A stretch of 64,000 bases of DNA from Escherichia coli (lineage in GTDB: Bacteria > Pseudomonadota > Gammaproteobacteria > Enterobacterales > Enterobacteriaceae), in assembly GCF_003018255.1 (NCBI RefSeq), contig NZ_CP027440.1; one strand, given 5' to 3'. The notes beneath the pieces are model-generated. The model searched no databases and had not been told where the DNA came from. It worked only from the letters and a program-made list of their open reading frames with translations. This document shows positions 10,619 to 23,081 of this stretch, piece by piece. Numbering within the stretch: position 1 is the first letter of the stretch; each line of letters begins with the position of its first letter. The translations under genes and the position numbers were made by a program.

Positions 10619-12097
10619 ATGTCGAAAAAATACATCATAGGGATTGATGGCGGAAGTCAGAGCACAAAAGTGGTGATGTACGATCTGGAAGGTAATGTGG
10701 TTTGCGAAGGTAAAGGCTTATTGCAGCCGATGCATACGCCAGATGCCGATACTGCCGAACATCCTGACGACGATTTATGGACATCGTTATGCTTTGCCGG
10801 TCACGATTTGATGAGCCAGTTTGCCGGAAATAAAGAAGATATTGTCGGTATTGGTCTGGGCTCCATCCGTTGCTGTCGTGCGTTATTGAAAGCCGATGGC
10901 ACGCCCGCTGCGCCATTGATTAGCTGGCAGGATGCACGTGTAACACGTCCCTACGATCATACCAATCCAGATGTGGCCTATGTCACCTCTTTTTCGGGTT
11001 ATCTGACGCATCGCTTAACCGGCGAGTTTAAAGATAATATCGCCAACTATTTTGGTCAGTGGCCGGTGGATTATAAGAGCTGGACATGGAGTGAAGATGC
11101 TGCGGTAATGGATAAGTTTAATATCCCCCGTCATATGCTGTTTGATGTGCAAATGCCTGGCACCATTCTTGGGCATATCACACCACAAGCTGCGCTGGCG
11201 ACACATTTCCCGGCTGGGCTGTCGGTTGTTTGTACCACCAGTGATAAACCGGTAGAAGCTCTGGGAGCCGGGTTACTGGATGATGAAACTGCGGTAATTT
11301 CTCTTGGCACTTACATCGCATTGATGATGAACGGCAAAGCCTTGCCGAAAGATCCGGTGGCGTACTGGCCGATTATGTCTTCTATTCCGCAAACATTGCT
11401 GTATGAAGGTTACGGTATTCGCAAAGGCATGTGGACGGTGAGCTGGCTGCGCGACATGTTAGGCGAGTCGTTAATTCAGGATGCCAGGGCGCAGGATCTT
11501 TCACCGGAAGATTTACTCAACAAGAAAGCCTCTAGTGTGCCACCTGGCTGTAATGGGCTGATGACGGTGCTGGACTGGCTGACCAATCCGTGGGAACCGT
11601 ACAAACGCGGGATTATGATCGGCTTTGATTCCAGTATGGATTACGCATGGATATATCGTTCGATACTGGAAAGCGTGGCGCTGACGCTGAAGAACAATTA
11701 CGACAATATGTGTAATGAAATGAATCACTTTGCGAAGCATGTAATCATTACTGGCGGCGGTTCGAACAGCGATCTGTTTATGCAGATTTTTGCCGACGTG
11801 TTCAACCTTCCGGCACGACGTAACGCCATTAACGGTTGTGCAAGTCTGGGGGCAGCGATTAATACCGCGGTAGGTCTGGGGCTATACCCGGATTACGCAA
11901 CGGCTGTCGACAAAATGATTCGCGTGAAAGATATCTTTATACCGATTGAGAGCAATGCCAAACGCTACGACGCGATGAATAAAGGCATTTTCAAAGACCT
12001 AACCAAACATACTGATGTGATCCTGAAAAAATCGTATGAAGTGATGCATGGGGAATTGGGGAATGCGGATTCGATCCAGAGCTGGTCGAATGCGTAA
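10619..12097 (+). CDS. ygcE: FGGY-family carbohydrate kinase
   Basis: 492-aa ORF with N-terminal IGIDGGSQSTKVVMYD sugar-kinase signature; RBS aggagaaaaatc ATG. Confidence 0.85.
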   Translation: MSKKYIIGIDGGSQSTKVVMYDLEGNVVCEGKGLLQPMHTPDADTAEHPDDDLWTSLCFAGHDLMSQFAGNKEDIVGIGLGSIRCCRALLKADGTPAAPLISWQDARVTRPYDHTNPDVAYVTSFSGYLTHRLTGEFKDNIANYFGQWPVDYKSWTWSEDAAVMDKFNIPRHMLFDVQMPGTILGHITPQAALATHFPAGLSVVCTTSDKPVEALGAGLLDDETAVISLGTYIALMMNGKALPKDPVAYWPIMSSIPQTLLYEGYGIRKGMWTVSWLRDMLGESLIQDARAQDLSPEDLLNKKASSVPPGCNGLMTVLDWLTNPWEPYKRGIMIGFDSSMDYAWIYRSILESVALTLKNNYDNMCNEMNHFAKHVIITGGGSNSDLFMQIFADVFNLPARRNAINGCASLGAAINTAVGLGLYPDYATAVDKMIRVKDIFIPIESNAKRYDAMNKGIFKDLTKHTDVILKKSYEVMHGELGNADSIQSWSNA

Positions 12098-12142
12098 GTG
12101 AGGAAGGCCGGGCGGGAAACTGCCCGGCCTGAACATACCTGA

Positions 12143-12281
12143 ATGGTTATCCCCGCTGACGCGGGGAACATAAGTTCGACAACTTAAAAAATGATAACAA
12201 GTCCGGTTTATCCCCGCTGATGCAGGGAACATAATAAAAACTTTAACTAGTTCGGTTTATCCCTGTTTTTACAAGGAATAT
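12143..12281 (-). CRISPR. Decayed type I-E CRISPR remnant (3 degenerate repeats, 2 spacers)
   Basis: Repeat-like units at about 12143-12171, 12204-12232 and 12253-12281 (for example cggtttatccccgctgatgcagggaacat), progressively diverged from the consensus. Confidence 0.7.
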
Positions 12282-12735
12282 TAACTACACTCGATGTCTT
12301 TAGAATAAAAGACAATACGAATCGTACTTTATCAATTTTCATTTAAAGTATGAACTGGATATCTTTATTCATAAGAACAATTCATCAACAGCGTATAGAG
12401 GCGGTTATGTAAAACCGCTCATTAGCCTCAAAACAAAGACAAATTTCCAGATTTATTACTTAATCAATGAATAACAAGCTTAAAAAATACACTGTAATTC
12501 TAAAGAAAAAATTAACAGGCATTAATTCAATATTAAAAAAATAATAGATTAAAATTTCTTAACGATTTAAGTATCATACAAATAACACTTTGATTAAATT
12601 TAATTTTTTGTATCGATAATTGTGAACTTCTCTGGCATGGAGAACTATTTTGAACATGAGGTGTTACGTGGATATGTTGCTTATTACAAGTACAGCTAAT
12701 ATAAAAACTTGAGAAAGAGATAACGGGTTATATGG

Positions 12736-13069
12736 TGGTTTATCCCCGCAGGCGCGGGGAACTCATAGAGAAAAGAAACGGCAGCTTTGCCACTTCCGGT
12801 TTATCCCCGCTGGCGCGGGGAACTCCGCGTTTCTAATCTCACCGCCACGGCGATCAACGGTTTATCCCCGCTGGCGCGGGGAACTCACCCCTTTAACGTC
12901 ACCAGACCGCTAACGACGCGGTTTATCCCCGCTGGCGCGGGGAACTCGCGTAACCATTTTGATGGCGCTACCGAAATGGCGGTTTATCCCCGCTGGCGCG
13001 GGGAACTCGATCAACGGCCTGGCGGCTGCCTCTGAAATCTCGGTTTATCCCCGCTGGCGCGGGGAACTC
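12736..13069 (-). CRISPR. Type I-E CRISPR array, 6 repeats and 5 spacers of 32 nt
   Basis: 29-nt repeat cggtttatccccgctggcgcggggaactc (reverse complement of the E. coli I-E repeat) at 12736, 12797, 12858, 12919, 12980 and 13041; spacers at 12765-12796, 12826-12857, 12887-12918, 12948-12979 and 13009-13040. Confidence 0.95.
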
Positions 13070-13250
13070 TCTAAACATAACCTATTATTAATTAATGATT
13101 TTTTAAGCCAGTCACAATCTACCAACTTTACAGTATCACACAAACAACACATCCATTATGTTAAAGAGCACTTAATCCATTGATTAAAAAGCTAAATATT
13201 TAAAATAACTCTATACAAACTAAAATCTACCAAACTTCGCCGCAATAATT
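13070..13250 (-). promoter_or_regulatory. AT-rich CRISPR leader on the queE-proximal side of the array
   Basis: Low-GC sequence directly abutting the terminal consensus repeat in crRNA orientation. Confidence 0.6.
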
Positions 13251-13408
13251 TTCACTCCAGCGAAAAATTAACGCCACAGAATTTGTAGAGAATGATAATG
13301 ATTAGTCCGGGATGGGCAAGATGGATGAGTTTTCAGAGGCGACAAACAATATAAATGAGTAGAAGTCTTTACAGGTTCCACCCATTTATAACGCTTATAA
13401 ATGTTTAA

Positions 13409-14080
13409 TCAGGCAATATTTAGATATTTATGTGTTTGCATCGACAAACGCCAATTACGCGCAATGCAGGTTTCAATGCACAAACGTGTGGCATCATCCT
13501 TTTGGCTAATCGGCTGCAGTGCAATGACTCGCGGTTTATCATCGGTCAGCGTTGCCAGTAGTTCATCCAGTGCTTCAATATCACGTACGCGCCCCACTGG
13601 ATGCTTGATTTCGTTGGCTCGCTCCAGTGCCTGTGACAACACTTCATAGCCGCCGCGCATGTTCAGCTTTGGTGATACGGTAACCCAGGTATTCGGTGTG
13701 CAGCGTACCTCATGAGTACCACTGGTTTCAATCTGGCAGCTAAAACCATTCTTTTCGAGCAGATCAGTCAGTGGTAGCAAATCATGAATGCAAGGCTCAC
13801 CACCCGTAATCACCACATGCCGCGCGGTGTATCCCTGGCGACCAATGACAGCCAGCAAGTCTTCACTGCTCGCCGCCCCCCACTTATCACTCTCTTTGGT
13901 CTTCGCCAGAATGCTGAAAAGGGAGACTTCCCGATCCTCAAGCTTTTCCCAGGTGTGTTTGGTGTCGCACCAGGCACAGCCAACCGGGCATCCCTGTAAA
14001 CGAATAAAAATGGCGGGGACGCCGGTAAAGTAACCCTCACCTTGCAGGGTCTGGAACATCTCGTTAATCGGGTACTGCAT
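13409..14080 (-). CDS. queE: 7-carboxy-7-deazaguanine synthase (radical SAM)
   Basis: 223 aa, MQYPINEMFQTLQGEGYFTGVPAIFIRLQGCPVGCAWCDTK with the CxxxCxxC-type radical SAM cluster motif. Confidence 0.9.
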   Translation of the reverse strand: MQYPINEMFQTLQGEGYFTGVPAIFIRLQGCPVGCAWCDTKHTWEKLEDREVSLFSILAKTKESDKWGAASSEDLLAVIGRQGYTARHVVITGGEPCIHDLLPLTDLLEKNGFSCQIETSGTHEVRCTPNTWVTVSPKLNMRGGYEVLSQALERANEIKHPVGRVRDIEALDELLATLTDDKPRVIALQPISQKDDATRLCIETCIARNWRLSMQTHKYLNIA

Positions 14081-14374
14081 AGCATTCTCTGTGAAGTGGA
14101 TAATTGTTAATTATTGCAGATCCTGCCACAACAATCATGTCTTATTAACATTCTGTTACAGGCAGGTTTAAAGAAAAATGAGAAACAGATCGTTAATAAT
14201 AAAAGGGAGTAACGTATTATGTCAGAAATAAATAAAGTAAAGGGATTTAATCATGTCAAAAACATTCACCAAAATTATACTTATTTTTTTCTGTGTTCGT
14301 TTTTAATTATAACGAATCTCAAATTACCGATGCCGCCGTCAATTTATTTATCCAGCTTTAATGGGACATTTATA

Positions 14375-15244
14375 ATGCGCTATTTCATACTAATATTCAC
14401 ATTCGTGTGTTCCTTTGTTGCAGCCCAACCAACTATTGTCCCACAATTACAGCAACAAGTTACGGATCTTACGAGTAGCTTAAACTCACAAGAAAAGAAA
14501 GAACTGACGCGGAAGTTAGAATCTATTTTCAATAATACCCAAGTACAAATTGCTGTATTAATTATTCCCACAACCAAAGACGAGACAATTGAACAATATG
14601 CTACAAGGGTTTTTAACAATTGGCGTTTAGGAGATGCCAAACGCAATGATGGGATACTGATCATTGTTGCCTGGTCGGATCGCACTGTCCGCATCCAGGT
14701 AGGTTATGGGCTGGAAGAAAAGGTAACCGATGCTCTGGCTGGAGATATCATCCGTAGCAACATGATACCCGCATTTAAACAACAAAAATTAGCTAAGGGA
14801 TTAGAGTTAGCTATAATCGCTTTGAATAACCAACTCACTTCACAACACCAATATTCGGCTAATCCTTCAGAAAGTGAATCAGCGTCTTCCAGCGATCATT
14901 ACTACTTTGCTATTTTTTGGGTATTTGCAGTGATGTTCTTCCCTTTCTGGTTTTTTCATCAAGGCAGTAATTTTTGTCGCGCATGTAAAAGCAGTGTCTG
15001 TATTTCAGCAATCTATCTTTTAGATTTATTCCTGTTCTCCGATAAAACTTTTTCCATTGCTGTATTTTCCTTCTTTTTTACTTTCACCATATTTATGGTC
15101 TTTACCTGTTTATGTGTACTTCAGAAAAGAGCATCAGGTAGAAGTTATCATTCAGACAACAGCGGTTCCGCTGGAGGCTCAGGCGGCGGGTTTAGCGGCG
15201 GTGGCGGTTCTTCTGGCGGTGGCGGCGCATCCGGCCGCTGGTAA
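14375..15244 (+). CDS. ygcG: TPM-domain membrane protein with glycine-rich C-terminal tail
   Basis: ORF 14219..15244 trimmed to [19 protein letters not shown] (signal-peptide-like); internal TM segments; tail [26 protein letters not shown]. Confidence 0.75.
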   Translation: MRYFILIFTFVCSFVAAQPTIVPQLQQQVTDLTSSLNSQEKKELTRKLESIFNNTQVQIAVLIIPTTKDETIEQYATRVFNNWRLGDAKRNDGILIIVAWSDRTVRIQVGYGLEEKVTDALAGDIIRSNMIPAFKQQKLAKGLELAIIALNNQLTSQHQYSANPSESESASSSDHYYFAIFWVFAVMFFPFWFFHQGSNFCRACKSSVCISAIYLLDLFLFSDKTFSIAVFSFFFTFTIFMVFTCLCVLQKRASGRSYHSDNSGSAGGSGGGFSGGGGSSGGGGASGRW

Positions 15245-15303
15245 CTCAACCATAAAAAACGCCAGCCCGAAGGCTGGCATTTTTAAATCAGATAAAGTCA
15301 GGC

Positions 15304-16617
<1,314 letters not shown>

Positions 16618-16689
16618 TCACTAGTTAAACTGAAACTCCAGACAAACAACGCGTACCCAGGGTACGCGTTGCCGTTCTAACTTTTTTAC

Positions 16690-18342
<1,653 letters not shown>

Positions 18343-18554
18343 TTAGGTTGAAAAGACGATGGAATAACCAGGACGGGAAAGCAGTATACCCGAACATGAC
18401 CTGTGCCACAAACTTTCATTATCCCTCCTCTTCGCCAGCGCACTATTGAAATCAGGAGTGAGAAAATAGCCCCTTTGGGGTAAATGTTTTTGACGCAAAT
18501 CAAGCGCTTGTCATTTAAAAAATGACACAAATCGCGCTTGACCACGTAATTCCC

Positions 18555-19346
18555 TTAGAGATCAATTTCCTGCCGTTTTACCTGTTGCCAGACTTCTTCC
18601 ATTGTTTCGAGGTCAACACCTGTCATTTCCAGTCCACGCGCGGCAACAATACGCTCCACTTCGCGAAAACGACGCTCGAATTTTTCGTTCGCTTTTTGCA
18701 ATGCGATTTCCGCTTTTGTCCCTAAATGACGAGCCAGATTGACTGTGGCAAACAGCAGGTCACCCATTTCCTCCTCCAGTTTAGCCTGGTCGACAACAAC
18801 CTGCCGCGCTTCGTACATCACCTCATCGATCTCTTCGTAGACTTTATCGACTACCGGGCCAAGCGTCGTCCAGTCGAAGCCAACGTTGGCGCAACGTTTC
18901 TGGATTTTTTGTGCGCGCATTAAGGCGGGTAAACTACTAGGGATATCGTCCAGCGCCGAATGCTGCGCTTTTTGCGCGCGCTCTTCAGTTTTGATTTGCT
19001 CCCAACGAGCAAGAACTTCGCGGCTGTTTCCGGCAGAACCGTCAGCAAAAACATGTGGATGACGGCGTTCTAATTTATCGCTAATCGCAGCGCAAATATC
19101 ATTAAAATCAAAGCGCCCTTCTTCCTGGGCCATTTGTGCGTAAAACACCACCTGGAACAGCAGATCGCCCAGTTCACCGCGCAGATCGTCAAAATCTTCA
19201 CGGGCGATGGCGTCCAGCACCTCGTAGGTTTCTTCAAGGGTGTAAGGCGCAATGGTGGCAAATGTCTGCTCTTTATCCCACGGGCAGCCGTTTTCCGGGT
19301 CACGCAGGCGCTGCATGATGGTGAGCAAACGGTCGATTTGATTCAT
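18555..19346 (-). CDS. mazG: Nucleoside triphosphate pyrophosphohydrolase
   Basis: 263 aa with tandem MazG-type NTP-PPase domains. Confidence 0.93.
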   Translation of the reverse strand: MNQIDRLLTIMQRLRDPENGCPWDKEQTFATIAPYTLEETYEVLDAIAREDFDDLRGELGDLLFQVVFYAQMAQEEGRFDFNDICAAISDKLERRHPHVFADGSAGNSREVLARWEQIKTEERAQKAQHSALDDIPSSLPALMRAQKIQKRCANVGFDWTTLGPVVDKVYEEIDEVMYEARQVVVDQAKLEEEMGDLLFATVNLARHLGTKAEIALQKANEKFERRFREVERIVAARGLEMTGVDLETMEEVWQQVKRQEIDL

Positions 19347-19441
19347 TAGAATGTCCTGAAAATTGCGGGTCCGTCAGGTGTAATACCTTCGAGTAAAAGA
19401 TATCGCTGGATACGGCTGACGCCATATCCAGCTATGTAAGA

Positions 19442-21676
19442 CTAACTCCCGTGCAACCGACGCGCGTCGATAACATCCGGCACCTGGTTGAGTTTACCCA
19501 GCACGCGCCCCAGCACTTGCAGGTTGTAAATCTCAATGGTCATGTCGATGGTCGCCAGTTGCTGTTTGGTGTCGCTACGGCTGGCAACGCCAAGTACGTT
19601 CACCTTCTCGTTGGCGAGAATGGTCGTGATATCACGTAACAACCCACTACGATCATTAGCCACCACGCGGACCACCAGCGAATATCCGGCGGAGTAGCTC
19701 TCGCCCCATACCGCGTCAACAATGCGTTCTGGCGCATGGGAGCGCAGTTCCGCCAATTGTTCGCAATCGGCGCGGTGTACTGAAATACCGCGCCCCTGGG
19801 TAATGAAGCCGACAATCTCATCTCCAGGAATCGGCTGGCAGCAGCGCGCGATGTGGTGCATCAGGTTACCGACCCCTTCTACCACCACACGACCGTTATC
19901 TTTACTGCGGTTTTGCGGCGTGTAGCTTTTTTGCTGAAGCTGTTTCAGCGCGGCGGCGTCCTGCTCTTCGGCACTCGGCTTATTAAATTGCGATTGCAGG
20001 AAGTTCACCATCTGATTGAGACGGATATCCCCGCCACCAATCGCCGCCAGCAACTCGTCGACATCATTGAAGTTGTAACGCGGCAGCAGATGTTTTTCTG
20101 CTTCTTTCAGGCTGATCCCCAGATGTTCCAGCTCGTCGTCAAGAATTTGCCGCCCAGCCAGAATGTTTTTGTCACGGTCCTGTTTACGGAACCAGGCGTG
20201 AATTTTCGAACGCCCACGGCTGGTTGTGACGTAACCGAGGTTTGGGTTTAACCAGTCACGGCTGGGGTTCGGCTGTTTCTGGGTGATAATTTCAATCTGG
20301 TCGCCCATCTGCAGCTGGTAGGTGAACGGCACAATGCGCCCGCCAATTTTTGCCCCGATGCAGCGGTGTCCGACATCACTGTGGATGTGGTAAGCGAAGT
20401 CCAGCGGCGTTGATCCCGCAGGCAAATCAACGACATCACCTTTCGGCGTAAAGACGTACACTCGGTCGTCAAAGACCTGACTACGTACTTCGTCGAGCAT
20501 TTCGCCGGAATCAGCCATCTCTTCCTGCCACGCAATCAGTTTACGCAGCCAGGCAATCCGGTCTTCATGTCCCGAACGTGCGCCGCCAGCAGCCGCGCCC
20601 TCTTTATATTTCCAGTGCGCAGCAACACCCAACTCTGCATCTTCATGCATCTGTTTGGTGCGGATTTGGATCTCAACGGTTTTGCCACCCGGCCCCAGAA
20701 CCACGGTATGAATGGACTGATAACCGTTTGGTTTCGGGTTAGCGACGTAATCGTCAAACTCATCCGGCAGGTGGCGATAGTGAGTGTGCACTATCCCCAG
20801 TGCGGCATAACAATCCTGTAAACGCTCGGCGACAATACGTACCGCACGCACATCAAACAGCTCATCGAAGGCGAGGTTCTTTTTCTGCATTTTGCGCCAG
20901 ATACTGTAGATGTGTTTCGGACGGCCATACACTTCAGCTTTAACGCCTTCAGCTTTCATCTCAGCGCGCAGATGGCCGACAAACTCTTCGATATAGTGTT
21001 CGCGGTCGAGACGGCGTTCATGCAGCAGTTTTGCGATGCGTTTGTATTCGGTCGGGTGGAGATAACGGAAGCAGTAATCTTCCAGCTCCCATTTCAGTTG
21101 CCCAATCCCAAGACGGTTCGCCAACGGCGCGTAGATATTGGTGCACTCTTTTGCCGCCAGTACGCGTTCATCTTCCGGCGCATCTTTTACTTCGCGCAGG
21201 TGAGCAATACGCTCCGCCAGTTTGATGACCACGCAGCGAAAATCATCGACCATCGCCAATAACATCCGGCGAACGTTATCGACCTGTTCGGAGGAAACAG
21301 AATCAGTGTGCGTCGCTTTCAGCTGGCGGATCGCCGCCATATCACGCACGCCGTGAATAAGGTTAACGACCGACTTACCGACGCTCTCACGCAGCACATC
21401 TTCGCTGACTACGTTGGCATCAGCCAGAGGGAACAGCAGCGCCGCCCGCAGCGTGTCAATGTCCATACTTAATGTCGAGAGGATCTCCACCATCTCAACA
21501 CCACGCCACAATAACAGACTGGCATCCGGATGCCCCTGCGTCTGTTGCAGACAATACGCCCAGGTTTCGGCTAAGCACTCACACGACTTCTGGCTGGTAA
21601 TACCCAGACTTGCGATCCATTTTTCCGGATCAAATTCACCAGCCTTATTGATATGTGCACTTCTTACCGCAACCAT
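19442..21676 (-). CDS. relA: GTP pyrophosphokinase ((p)ppGpp synthetase I)
   Basis: 744 aa, MVAVRSAHINKAGEFDPEKWIASLGI; C-terminus ...IDARRLHGS. Confidence 0.97.
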   Translation of the reverse strand: MVAVRSAHINKAGEFDPEKWIASLGITSQKSCECLAETWAYCLQQTQGHPDASLLLWRGVEMVEILSTLSMDIDTLRAALLFPLADANVVSEDVLRESVGKSVVNLIHGVRDMAAIRQLKATHTDSVSSEQVDNVRRMLLAMVDDFRCVVIKLAERIAHLREVKDAPEDERVLAAKECTNIYAPLANRLGIGQLKWELEDYCFRYLHPTEYKRIAKLLHERRLDREHYIEEFVGHLRAEMKAEGVKAEVYGRPKHIYSIWRKMQKKNLAFDELFDVRAVRIVAERLQDCYAALGIVHTHYRHLPDEFDDYVANPKPNGYQSIHTVVLGPGGKTVEIQIRTKQMHEDAELGVAAHWKYKEGAAAGGARSGHEDRIAWLRKLIAWQEEMADSGEMLDEVRSQVFDDRVYVFTPKGDVVDLPAGSTPLDFAYHIHSDVGHRCIGAKIGGRIVPFTYQLQMGDQIEIITQKQPNPSRDWLNPNLGYVTTSRGRSKIHAWFRKQDRDKNILAGRQILDDELEHLGISLKEAEKHLLPRYNFNDVDELLAAIGGGDIRLNQMVNFLQSQFNKPSAEEQDAAALKQLQQKSYTPQNRSKDNGRVVVEGVGNLMHHIARCCQPIPGDEIVGFITQGRGISVHRADCEQLAELRSHAPERIVDAVWGESYSAGYSLVVRVVANDRSGLLRDITTILANEKVNVLGVASRSDTKQQLATIDMTIEIYNLQVLGRVLGKLNQVPDVIDARRLHGS

Positions 21677-21723
21677 CGTCCTCTCCTTTAGGGACCAGAC
21701 CTGCCGAAATCGGCAAATCGTAA

Positions 21724-23025
21724 CTATTTAACGCGCGAGAAAAGTACCATCGATTCCAGATGTCCCGTGTGTGGGAACATATCCAGCATCGCCAGTCGCG
21801 CAATGGTATATCCTGCTTTTAATAACGCTTCGCTATCCCGAGCCAGCGTTGCAGGGTTACAGGATACATAAACTATACGAATAGGTTCCAGTTTTATAAT
21901 TTGCTGCATAACACCTGCGGCACCTGCTCGCGCCGGGTCCAGCAACACTTTATCGAAGCCGTTTTTCGCCCACGGCTGCTTTGTGACATCTTCTTCAAGA
22001 TTTTCGTGATAAAACGTCACATTCTGTAAGCCATTAAGACGCGCATTCTGCTGGCCTTTTTCCACCAGCGCCGGAACACCTTCTACACCCACCACACTGG
22101 CAGCTTGTGTCGCCAATGGCAGTGTAAAGTTGCCCATACCGCAGAACAGATCCAGTACGCAATCTTCAGGTTCCACATCCAGCCATTCCAACGCACGCGC
22201 TACCATTTTCTGGTTCACACCCGCATTGACCTGAATAAAATCGCGCGGGCTAAAAGTTAAGCGCAACCCATTTGAGTCATACCAGGGCATCTCACCAGAG
22301 ACGGTTTCGAGTATCTCACTATCGGGGGCGAGATACAGATCCAGGCCTTCAGAATGCGAAAAGCATTCCAGTTTTTCGCGATCTGCCGAACTTAGCGGTG
22401 CGGTATGGCGCAAAATCATTAGCGTGCCGCTGGTTGCCTGTACCAGTTCAACATGACCAAGATGGCGCATAGCTTGTAAGCTGCCCAGGCATGCCCTGAC
22501 TTTGGGCAGCAATGCTTCAAGTTGGGGCACTAAAATGGGGCATTGTTTAACGTCGACAATGTCACTGGAGCCCGCTTTGCGAAACCCCATCTGAAGTTGC
22601 TGTGTTTTCGGTAAGTAGTTCAGACTTAAACGCGCGCGACGGCGATAGCCCCAGGGAACATCGGCGATCACTTCAGAGACTTCGTGTTTCATTAATCGGG
22701 CGAGTGCCGCACTTTTGCTTCGCTGCTGTAAATCCACACTGGCGTGTTGTTGCTGACAGCCGCCGCATACGCCAAAATGAGGACAGCGTGGCGTTTCGCG
22801 TTCCGGGCTATCGCTTAATCGGCGTACGACTTTAGCGCGGGCATACTGTTTTTTATCTTCAGTAACAGTAACTTCCGCGTTTTCCTGCGGCAATAATCCG
22901 GGGATAAATAATGTTTTGCCGTTATGTCGCGCCACACCCTGACCAAAAGAGTCGAGGTCGTTGACTGAAACGGTTATGATCTGACGCGTCGTCGTGCGTC
23001 GTTTTGCAGAGTAGAATTGCGCCAT
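21724..23025 (-). CDS. rlmD: 23S rRNA (uracil1939-C5)-methyltransferase
   Basis: 433 aa; TRAM domain, Fe-S cysteines [14 protein letters not shown]-methyltransferase fold. Confidence 0.93.
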   Translation of the reverse strand: MAQFYSAKRRTTTRQIITVSVNDLDSFGQGVARHNGKTLFIPGLLPQENAEVTVTEDKKQYARAKVVRRLSDSPERETPRCPHFGVCGGCQQQHASVDLQQRSKSAALARLMKHEVSEVIADVPWGYRRRARLSLNYLPKTQQLQMGFRKAGSSDIVDVKQCPILVPQLEALLPKVRACLGSLQAMRHLGHVELVQATSGTLMILRHTAPLSSADREKLECFSHSEGLDLYLAPDSEILETVSGEMPWYDSNGLRLTFSPRDFIQVNAGVNQKMVARALEWLDVEPEDCVLDLFCGMGNFTLPLATQAASVVGVEGVPALVEKGQQNARLNGLQNVTFYHENLEEDVTKQPWAKNGFDKVLLDPARAGAAGVMQQIIKLEPIRIVYVSCNPATLARDSEALLKAGYTIARLAMLDMFPHTGHLESMVLFSRVK

Positions 23026-23081
23026 TGGCGAGACTTTCTCAATTTAACAGTGTGACCTTAATTGTCCCATAACGGAACTCC

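Noticed and set aside
12787-13183. Two short ORFs (82 and 74 aa) spanning the CRISPR array
   Set aside because: Their translations are driven by the periodic repeat (recurring RWRGEL/PAGAGNS), so they are array artefacts and not genes
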